From: Macrostomum lignano | Taxonomy: Eukaryota | Reading direction: 5' to 3' | Assembly (NCBI GenBank): GCA_002269645.1 | Contig: NIVC01002835.1 | Coordinates: forward strand, 1-26,318 | DNA length: 26,318 bases | Shown: piece by piece, positions 1 to 20,866 of the stretch | Position numbering within the stretch: the first letter of the stretch is position 1 | Layout: the number at the start of each line of letters is the position of its first letter | Position numbers and translations under genes: made by a program | The notes under the pieces: model-generated | Databases searched by the model: none | Seen by the model: only the letters and a program-made list of their open reading frames with translations | What the model was told of the DNA's origin: nothing

Positions 1-2
1 CG

Positions 3-563
3 GAGCCTGGCTTCTGTCCGCCCTATGCAGCCCAGGAGCCGTCGTGCTGTCAGCCTTGCCCACCACCCTGCCCGCCGCCTTGTCCGCCGCCATGCCCCGC
101 CGCCACCCTGCAGCCCTGCTGGATCCCGAGGCCGCCGTGCGATCCCTGCTGCATGCCGCAGATTCAATTGTGCCCGCCGCCAACGCCTGTCTGCTTTCCG
201 CCGTTGCCGCTGCCCTGTCCGGACAATACGTGCGAGTTCAGGCGCCTGCCGGATCTGTGTCCTACGCCTGACTGCTGCCGAATCAGCTATTGCAGACCGT
301 TGCGCTGCCCGCCGCCTTGTCCACCGCCTTGCCCGCCATGCCAACCGTGCGACACTGGATTTGGCGGCGGCGGCGGCGGCGGTGGTGGCGGCAGCGGCTA
401 CGGAGGCGGCTACAGTGGAGGCTACGGAGGTGGTGGAGGTTACAGTGGTGGAGGCTACGGAGGTGGTGGAGGTTACAGTGGTGGAGGCTATAGTGGAGGT
501 TATAGTGGAGGCTTCGGAGGCGGCGGCGGCGGCGGCTGCAGCAGTGGCAACTGCCGAGGGTAA
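3..563 (+). CDS. 3' part of a Cys/Pro-rich protein with Gly/Tyr-rich C-terminal tail (putative structural/secreted protein); 5' end outside window
   Basis: Frame is open from position 3 (EPGFCPPYAAQEPSCCQPCPPPCPPPCPPPC...) to TAA 561-563. It has CPPPC repeats, then GGGY/GGYSGG repeats, ends in CSSGNCRG, and is followed by AATAAA at 649. Confidence 0.8.
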   Translation, partial: EPGFCPPYAAQEPSCCQPCPPPCPPPCPPPCPAATLQPCWIPRPPCDPCCMPQIQLCPPPTPVCFPPLPLPCPDNTCEFRRLPDLCPTPDCCRISYCRPLRCPPPCPPPCPPCQPCDTGFGGGGGGGGGGSGYGGGYSGGYGGGGGYSGGGYGGGGGYSGGGYSGGYSGGFGGGGGGGCSSGNCRG

Positions 564-648
564 ATAGTGCATGCGGTCAGTCCGGCTGGAATGACAATCA
601 TTTTTCTGCCGATCAGTTTAATCTACTCGGCTGCAGTACAGCATAAAT

Positions 649-654
649 AATAAA
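649..654 (+). terminator. Polyadenylation signal of the Cys/Pro/Gly-rich gene
   Basis: AATAAA 86 nt after the stop, followed by a GT/T-rich tract (ctgtgtatttcaatgtatttgt). Confidence 0.6.
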
Positions 655-1286
655 ACTGTGTATTTCAATGTATTTGTAACCATTTGTTTCAAATGTGTCA
701 GTACCTGTAATCGCTGGCCCAGCTCTCTCGATCGCAAATATTCAACGCCTTTTTCTCATTTTCTCAGCAAGAAAGTGGCGCGCTGCAGCGCGGTGGTTCT
801 TTAACGAAAAACTGTTTGGAAAAAACTTTAAATTAAAATTTCGCTTTGCAAATATAAAATGCGCAAAAGCAAATTGCAATTTTCAGATTCTTAATTTAGT
901 AAAAGAAGACGTGTCTTATCTCACTAATTAGCTTTTAAATTTTTAAAGTCCTAAAATTTTTTTTCACCCGTTTTAGTCTCCTTTTGAAAGGATTTCGAAA
1001 TTTGCTGTGTTTTAGCACTGACTTTGACGGGAAAGAAACTATACATGTAGGTTAGTCACGGCGACACGAATTTGAAGACACCTGGGACGGAATTAGTCAG
1101 CACATGCATTTAGGTTGTTTCAAAAGATCAAAACTTGCTTTAACTACGCTCGTAGCGACCGAAATATAACACTGTACATAAACACATTATGATACAGCTG
1201 TAAATCTGTAATGCTTGTTGCATGTGCCGTGTGCAGTAAAAAGTTCCATTCAAGAGTAAGCCCAAATTCAGCATAGATTATCTTAA

Positions 1287-1910
1287 CAGTAGGAATACCA
1301 AGCCATTTTTCCGCCTATCGGACTACCAAAAGGGGGGAATCCCGGCCCCTGACAATTTTTTTGCTGCGCCGGAACGGAACGGCCGGAACGGAGCAACGCA
1401 GGCTTACGAAATTCAAGAACACGGGCTAACTTTTTGTTGCGCACCTTCTCAAACAAGAATCAAGTCGAGGCTTGATCATAAACTAGAGAAATTCGCATCA
1501 GGGTGTTCATAGTCCCCTGGTGCCACCTGTTGAAGTTCCAGAAGCTCCGCCTGATTAAATAACAGTGACCAACCAAGTCAGAGCTGATCGATGCAGACAC
1601 ATGTGGTCGACGTGTGCCGATGAAATTTGGAGGCTTGGCAAGGCTGCACGAGGCGCGGTAGGGATTGGCGCACAGCAGGGGTGTACTGAATACGTACACA
1701 CTAGCGCTTATGGGAAAATCCGACCCTCTGCCAGAATCGTCGAATATCTCGACGGTCCAGAGGGCTGGCGACTTGATTTTTGTTTGAGAAGGTGCGCGCA
1801 TCAAAAAGTTAGCCTGTGTTCTAGAATTTCGTGAGCTAGCTGCGTTGCTCTGTTCCTGCGCAGCAAAAAATGTCAAAGAGGGGGGGATTCCCCTCTTGGT
1901 AGTTCTACTG
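1287..1910. mobile_element. Non-autonomous DNA transposon (MITE/foldback-like) with long imperfect terminal inverted repeats and TTAA target-site duplication
   Basis: TTAA at 1283-1286 and 1911-1914. Termini are CAGTAGgaataccaag and cttggtagttCTACTG. Left arm ~1287-1467 is the imperfect reverse complement of right arm 1769-1910 (shared blocks such as gagcaacgcag, ggctaactttttg, gcaccttctcaaaca, aatcaagtcg). No transposase ORF inside. Confidence 0.8.
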
Positions 1911-2844
1911 TTAAATAGTGATGAGCTACGTACTGCGTCTCAAATTACGGGTCGCGATTAAAAATATAATAATTTTTGTATTTCCTTGCAAAAGCATTTA
2001 ATTATATCAAGCAAAAACCCAATGGAAATAGGTATGTGAATATAGTAGCCCGTACACAGTTTTTCATATTTTAATAGGTCTGGAATTGCTTCATATTTTT
2101 ATTTCATTTTTGAAACTCTTTTCATAAGTCCGTAGACTGCGCTACAGAAAGTGGTTCCGATGGGTCACTACGTACTGGAGGCTCTTCATATTGCTTGTTC
2201 TGGTTCTAGAACCAGAACCAATTTGTAAAGTATAACTTTTTGTCTCCTTTAGAGGGATATACTTGCTATAAAAAGTGAGGCTGTTAAGGCAGTCAAATAT
2301 TAACAGAGTTAAATAGTTATACTGCTGTTTTTCTTGGAAGATCCAAACCGATTCTGGTTCTGGAATTGGTAATGTGAAGAGGCTTCTGTATAGTGTTAAA
2401 AACGTCATAATGCTTTTTAGATATTTAGATGAAATAATTTTGATGTAAGCAGAATAACAAAGCTTCTTCTTTTACTGCATGTACATCAGATTTTCTGCAT
2501 TATTTTTAGGCTGTTAGAATATTAGAGATCCTAAATTTTCATTATTTTTCTAATTAATTAGCAGTATTCAAGAAATGTTAAAGGATGCAACATTGTTTTA
2601 AAGGGCTAAAATTCAACTTCTAGTTTGTTCGAATGAAATTGAAAATGTTGGTTGAATAGAATCTATTAGAATGAAAATCATTCATATGGCATGTTGGTTG
2701 GTGGACATGTAATATTAAGTCTAGGCCTTAGCCTTACAATATATTCAATTCGAAAAACTCTAGAATGGGCTTATAGGGGGCCTACTAAACTCGTAAATCT
2801 GTTATCATCACTCATCAACTTCGTGTCTTATTCACTTTTACTAT

Positions 2845-2995
2845 TAGTATTATACTATTATCGTCTCATCGACGATGTATGTATACTATGACCTATGTCA
2901 ACAATAAGCCCATTGGCCATTGCTAGTATTATACTATTATCGTCTCATCGACGATGTATGTATACTATGACCTATGTCGACAATAAGCCCATTGC
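2845..2995 (+). repeat. Tandem duplication, 79-bp period, 2 copies
   Basis: tagtattatactattatcgtctcatcgacgatgtatgtatactatgacctatgtc(a/g)acaataagcccattg starts at 2845 and again at 2924. Confidence 0.95.
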
Positions 2996-4606
2996 TAGGC
3001 CCATAATTTAGCCATAATTAGATTTTCTTTAGAAGTTTAGTAGTATGGACTAGGCCTAATTATATACTTTTGTGTATATGGGCTAAATCTACACAAAAAA
3101 TGGCAAGATTGCAAAATAGTAAATTAGAGTAGGGGAGTTGTCTCGGTTTGGCCACTGCACTGGATAGTAGGAGAGACAGGTTAGCCTAAGCAAACTTTCA
3201 TTCAAAGCAGATGTTAAAGGTTTGGTCAGTCTTTGTTGCTTCATTCTCTATAATATAACAAGCTGAATTCTTTAATATGCTTATTAAGCTTAATCATTAC
3301 TGTTAATAATTTGTATAGGCCTACTAGACACGAAAGTATATGAATTTTAAATTTTTATCAAGGCCAAGGTCAAGGAAAGGGTTAGGTGTTAATGTTGGTG
3401 CATGTTTCATAGAGGTTGAAATGAATGGAATTGATAGGCCTATGAAAGAGTTTCTATTTCTATACCTTACCTTCTTCTCAGCCTTCCTTTTAAAGTAAAG
3501 CAATAAGAAATAGGTTTGCCTTGTAGCCATATTGGTATGTGGCCACCTTGGTCTGTCACTTTAGTGTTAAGCCTAGTTTTTTTAGAGCCTAGGCCTATCT
3601 TATCTAGTCCTTTATATTTTTATAGTAGGCCTACTTTGCTTTTTAAACATAATATTGCAATAAAGTTTTCGGCCTTTGGGCTTTATTTAACAAAAAGAAT
3701 ATAGGCCTATTTTTTCATAAAATAATGTTATAAATTTGTTGCCTACGAAAATGATAGTGCTCACATTCATTTTATCTTCTTTCTTATTTGCCAGTTTGCC
3801 TTAGGGAATATCTCTTGTCTTATTCTTAAGGACTATATTAGTATATATTTTGATTTAATGCCTTATAAGATACAGATAGGCCTATATTCTTTCATAAATG
3901 CCAAAATAGCATCTAGCATTATACAGTCTTGATTATTTGAATATGATATAAATGAGTCTATATGTATAATTTTTTGGCCTGCATTTGCATATTGTATGCC
4001 AAATTTCACTAGTTGCATAGCTATCACTTTCTTGCATGTAGCATTGATAAAAAACTAGATGTTTTGGTTCAAAAAATGAAAATAAGAGAAAAAATATAAA
4101 AAACAAAAATAGATAGCACAAATTTTTTGCATAGATTGTTATATTGGACAAAGATTTTATTTGTCCATTTTTTAGTAATTTAACCATTTATCAAGTTCTC
4201 ATATCTAACCTAGCTACATTTCTTGCATACATCTAAAAAGCTCATATGTACTCATTATAAACATGAGTAAAAGAATAGATCATATATTTATAAAGCTATA
4301 GTAGTATAATAGCCACCCTATATAGCAATCTGAGGGTGGTTATTGATAAGATTGACAAAGAAAAATATGTCATATTGATTTGCATTTTTATAGAACTTAT
4401 TGATATATATAGACAAGCTAGGCCCCTTTGCCTCCTTTTAGTTGCACCATTGTGTTATTTTCTCCTTATCCCAACTAGTCAACTAGTTTAAGGTATATTT
4501 AGTTCTTGGTTGGCATAAAATTCAAATTATGTTTGTATTTTATAACAAATAATGCTTTATTTTAAGCTCTAAAATAGTATACTTTTTGCTAGAAAGTAGT
4601 TTTAGA

Positions 4607-4704
4607 TGTACAAAGAAAGAAATACAAAAGCAAATTTGTTTGGGTAAAAAGTAGGAGTAACTATAACTTCTTATTAAGGCTAAATGCCTCATAATCTAAT
4701 TAGT
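4607..4704 (+). pseudogene. Decayed 28S (LSU) rRNA fragment, domain IV (R2 / I-PpoI target region)
   Basis: Blocks GGGTAAA (4642-48), GGAGTAACTAT (4654-64), AAATGCCTC (4682-90) and ATCTAATTAGT (4694-4704) match the conserved eukaryotic 28S sequence GGGTAAACGGCGGGAGTAACTATGACTCTCTTAAGGTAGCCAAATGCCTCGTCATCTAATTAGT in order, with spacings 5/17/3 versus 5/18/3. Weaker similarity extends upstream (tgtacaaagaaagaaatacaa vs TGTCAAAGTGAAGAAATTCAA). Confidence 0.8.
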
Positions 4705-6206
4705 ACTATATCTATATTTTTTGGGTGGGCATTTTTGCAACTTACCTTGGCTAGGCCTCTTGCCAATTAGCTAGATTGGCTGGGTTAGCTGTGTTTTATG
4801 CATCTGTTATTATATACAAATATTTATTTATAAAAAATAGTAAATAAGATTATAGGCCACACTCTGGATCATGTAGTATATGTGGCATACCCAAAAATTT
4901 GGGCATGCATTGGCCTTGCATGCCAAAAATAGGCATGCAGAATTGGTGTGCATCACTCCTAAGAAAATAGTATATGTGCACACCTGGCATGCACTTTGTA
5001 GAATCATGTGGAAGAGTTATTGTAAAGTAGAAAAAAGATAAAGTTCATTTTTAAGCATATATTTCAAGCTTTCTAGTTTTTTAACCTTGTAATAAAGCAT
5101 TTAAACAAATCTTTGCATATATCGATTTTCTGCTATAAATAGTATAGCTAAAAAGCAGTAAAATCAACCAAATTATCTGCCAAAAAGGATCCATAATGCA
5201 ATTCAAAAAAGGTAATTTATTGTCACAATGTAAAAAAGTTCTTTATTGTTGCAACACCAGCATAGTTTTAAGAATAGGGTGTGCACTTAATTTTTTTAGC
5301 ATACATTTGTTATTATTCAATTTTTGTTTGGTTGTGCATTTAGCATGATCTGGACTATGGATTATAGGCCTAAGGTGTTTAAGATTCAAGATTGAAAATA
5401 GTTTAGCTAAAACCTTGACCATGAAACTATGATGCTATAATATATATGGCATAGGTCAATTTAAGCCTTTAAATGTGGTACTTTTATCATATAAATATAA
5501 ATAATATATAATCTTATAATACTCATAAAATATTGCAATGCTACGCCACCATTTCAATTAGAAAAGTAGCATAGCACAATGTGCATTAGAATAAATTTTA
5601 GCAGATAGTTTATGCACTATTTATTTAAGGTACATGGTATTTCATCTTCTATTAGTTTGTTTGCTAGATGTCTATATATATATACAAAGAGACACTATAT
5701 GTAATTTATTAAAAAAACTAGTACTGCATTTTTTAGCTCCTGAATGGGGGCACTGATTGCTAGTTTCTATCTACTATTTTTATTTCCACTTTTGTTAGGA
5801 TCCATGTGGAAATACAACAACTAAAAGTTTTGAATGTACATTTTTGTAGACCAAAAAGATTTCTATGAAAACAGTTGATAGTAAACAAAAATAAGGACAT
5901 TTAATTTAATGATTTTAACATTCAATATATATGGAGTCTATTCTGCATAGATGTAGGATTTCTAGTTATTAAAATGATAGAATTTTTTAGAGTTAGAACA
6001 AGGTCCAAATCCTGTTTGATACCTAAATCCTATTTTTATTAGCAAAAATGGTATCATGATCCCTCTCTTTCCAAAAAGTTGTCTTATCGAACCTCTAATG
6101 CTTAGTATTTAATAATTAATACTTTATAAATTAATTCTACTATATGCACATTCATATAAAACAAATTTATCACTTCTGCTGTCTAGTAACCAATTAAAGC
6201 CAGCCA

Positions 6207-18437
<12,231 letters not shown>

Positions 18438-18590
18438 ACTCTGTCCTGTCACAAATGTTTTTCAGGTCTTATATTTGCGAATTGTGCAGTTGTTCGAAGC
18501 GCAATGACATGTTTTTTTCTATCATAATGATGTTGCATGCAACCTTTTATATCCATTTTTATCAAAGTTCATGTTCATTAGTTTTGTACA

Positions 18591-18596
18591 ATTAAA
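18591..18596 (+). terminator. Probable SMC3 polyadenylation signal (ATTAAA)
   Basis: Common variant hexamer ~155 nt after the stop; not confirmed. Confidence 0.4.
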
Positions 18597-18948
18597 CAGG
18601 TAAAGCCCGTTCGGCCCCGTTAGTTTTTTTGCAGCATTTTCTATAAACTCCTTTGTTACATGCAGAACGTAGCCAGCCTCGATGCTTCTTGTCTTCATCC
18701 GGACCGCTAGTGTCAATTTAATAACTAGATAGGTCACTCAGCTCATGCGCTATTAAGCTATTATCAGCTCAGTAGTATCTTACCTCCTTCCTGACTTCCT
18801 ACTGGCCTATCGTTCGCGCCATTCCACGCAAACTCTACGCCCCTGTCGCTTCTCTGCCCCCCCCCCCTATTTTATTTCCCCCCATCGCTCGCGTCCTGGC
18901 TGGGTGGGGAGGGGGCTAAACAGCCATGTACATTATCTGCCGCGCTTG

Positions 18949-18986
18949 GCCAATGTATTGGCTATTGCAATGATGTGTCACGTGAC
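18949..18986. promoter_or_regulatory. Candidate promoter elements for the POC5-like gene: inverted CCAAT pair and palindromic E-box
   Basis: gCCAATgtATTGGc at 18949-18962 and GTCACGTGAC at 18977-18986, downstream of G/C tracts in the SMC3-POC5 spacer. Confidence 0.45.
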
Positions 18987-19100
18987 TGCCTGCCTCTTTG
19001 GCCGAAAATAGCTTTCGTTTTCTTTACTCGCTGCTGTAAGTAGGATAAAGGTTTTGTTAAATGTGTGAAAGTGACCTATTAAGTTATTATAGAATCGGTG

Positions 19101-19101
<1 letters not shown>

Positions 19102-19167
<66 letters not shown>

Positions 19168-19173
19168 CTCTCT
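19102..19173. repeat. (CT)n microsatellite
   Basis: ~72 bp near-perfect CT run. Confidence 0.99.
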
Positions 19174-19603
19174 AGCCTCACTTAAACCTCCAGCGCTGTC
19201 TCCCTCCCCAACTGTTTGTTGTTGTATTTTATGTAAGTAATTATAATTAGTAATTCGGTTTTTGGCAGCTTGTTTCTCTACATTTCTTTAATGCTTCTCC
19301 GTACTATGCAAGACTAGTTGGTTGATAAATATGTCGGTCTATTACTACTGTTAATAATTTTCTACGCTCGTATTATTGCAACCGAAAATTAATTAGTTAT
19401 TTAGTACTTCTTTAAACATATTTTGCGCTCATTGTTTTATGCTAACATCATCATCAGTCATGAAATCAATTTTTGTAAATTCCTATTACTAACTATTGTT
19501 ATTTTCGTTGTTGTGGTTTAAATTTAAATAGCCAGCGGTTTAATAAAATTATAATTGTTCTACGCTGGTATTCTGCTTTTTCATTTTTTCTGCATATTTT
19601 CAG

Positions 19604-19754
19604 CTTCAGTTTCTAAGAAATCCCATAGCAAGTCTTCAAAACATATCAGGGTGCCTGATTCTCACACCTGTGCCTTGTCGTAGGATTCACACCCACGAGG
19701 GGCCCAAGCATCAAGGCAACAGCGTGTACACTGCCTGATGATGATGAGAAGAAA
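19604..19754 (+). other. Possible upstream (mostly 5'UTR) exon of the POC5-like gene
   Basis: T-rich acceptor ttttcag| at 19603 and donor |gtcagg at 19755. ATG ATG ATG AGA AGA AA (19738-54) would splice in frame to c|ATG at 20329-20330. Speculative. Confidence 0.3.
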
Positions 19755-19759
19755 GTCAG

Positions 19760-20160
19760 GGTTACAGACTAAGATATAGGTCACAGACTGAGATACAGAA
19801 GGTTACATACGAGATACAGGCTACAGACTAGCTGAGATACAGGCTACAGACTAGCTGAGATACAGGTTACAGACAAAGATACAGGTTAGACTGAGATACA
19901 GGTTACAGACAAAGATACAGAAGGTTATAGACTAAGATACAGAACGCTACAGACTGAGATACAGGTTACATGCTGAGATACAGGTTACAGACATAGATAC
20001 AGAAGGTTATAGACTAAGATACAGAACGCTACAGACTGAGATACAGAAGCTACAGACTGAGATACAGGTTACATGCTGAGATACAGGTTACAGACAGATA
20101 CAGAAGGCTACAGACTAAGATACAGAAGGCTACAGACTGAGATACAGAGGATACAAACTG
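19760..20160 (+). repeat. ~22-bp minisatellite (agactgagatacagaaggttac), diverged copies
   Basis: Same family as the array at 20925-22440. Confidence 0.93.
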
Positions 20161-20329
20161 AAACTTCTTTCAGGTATTCAGGCGAAATATTGTTGACCAT
20201 TTTTAGACATGCGTGGTGACTCGAGTCTAGGACCTTACAGAACTCTTACACTGTTAGATCATTAACATTAAATGAGATGCACTAAAATAAAATGCCCTAT
20301 ATTTAATTTCATATGATTAAAAGCTCAGC

Positions 20330-20866
20330 ATGCAGCAGCAGCAGTCTGCAGATGCTCCATCTGCTTTCACTGCCCTGACTGTACAGCAGCCGCCGCCGCT
20401 GGAGCCGCACCAGCGCGACGCTCTGGACTCGCCGGGCTCCTCAATTTCGTCGTCGTTGCAGCGCGAATACGACAGCCTGCTGTCCTACGCTGTGCCGCAT
20501 TTCGGCATCCAGCTCGACCAGCAGCAGCAGCAGGAGCAACAGCAGCAGGAGCCTCCGCCGATACCGCCGCTGCCAACTCAATCTCAAGCACGAGCGGCGA
20601 TGCAACAGCTGCGAATGAATGGCACCGAAGCGGAGCAAACTGTTGAACAAGACGACCCAGCTGAGGAAACTGACGACGCCGAAGAGGACGGTTCCGTTAC
20701 ACCGTCGCAGAGAAGCGCCGTTGTCGATGAGGACGAAGCTGACGGCGAAGGATTCGATCCCACTAAAACTCAGCTGATTGACGGCTTGGGCAATACTGGC
20801 GCGCCACTGATGGAGTCGCTCAAAGCGGCTGGCGAGCATCGGCGCTTGTCGACTGCGGAATGGACG
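20330..20866 (+). CDS. POC5: POC5-like exon (N-terminal Q/P-rich and acidic region)
   Basis: ctcag|c ATG at 20330; SSISSSLQREYDSLL motif. Best donor is |gtgaga after 20866 (phase 0), but the ORF stays open to 20914, so the 3' boundary is uncertain. Confidence 0.7.

Larger units (their letters stand above)
2000..6200. other. AT-rich, CpG-depleted non-coding block (decayed repeat or old insertion; may include SMC3 upstream region)
   Basis: No long ORF on either strand. About 7 CpG counted by eye in 3001-6200, whereas flanks and exons are CpG-rich. Confidence 0.6.

Noticed and set aside
25-567. Alternative-frame ORFs 25..567, 44..271 and 290..493
   Set aside because: Shadows of the CCG/TGC/GGC-rich Cys-Pro-Gly frame. 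The frame open from 3 to 563 has the coherent repeat structure.
1460-1876. ORFs inside the TTAA element as a transposase
   Set aside because: Short (89 and 138 aa), no DDE or DNA-binding motif, and partly run through the inverted arms.
779-2218. Perfect palindromes CGCGCTGCAGCGCG (779-792) and GTTCTGGTTCTAGAACCAGAAC (2197-2218)
   Set aside because: Isolated, with no associated element ends, TSDs or gene context that I can support.
3130-3185. GAGACAGGTTAG (3174) and TTAAGCATAT (~5051) as further 28S fragments
   Set aside because: Single 10-12-nt matches, out of order relative to the 4642 fragment and with poor flanking similarity; compatible with chance given the length of rRNA compared.
5200-5260. 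LLSQCKKVLYCC resembling a MYND zinc finger
   Set aside because: Only part of the Cys pattern is present, there are no splice signals or long ORF, and the context is AT-rich.
2000-6200. Calling the AT-rich block fungal-type RIP or a mitochondrial insertion
   Set aside because: CpA/TpG words (catg, tgca) remain abundant, unlike strong RIP, and I recognise no mitochondrial gene or tRNA. Kept only as a testable mutation-spectrum question.
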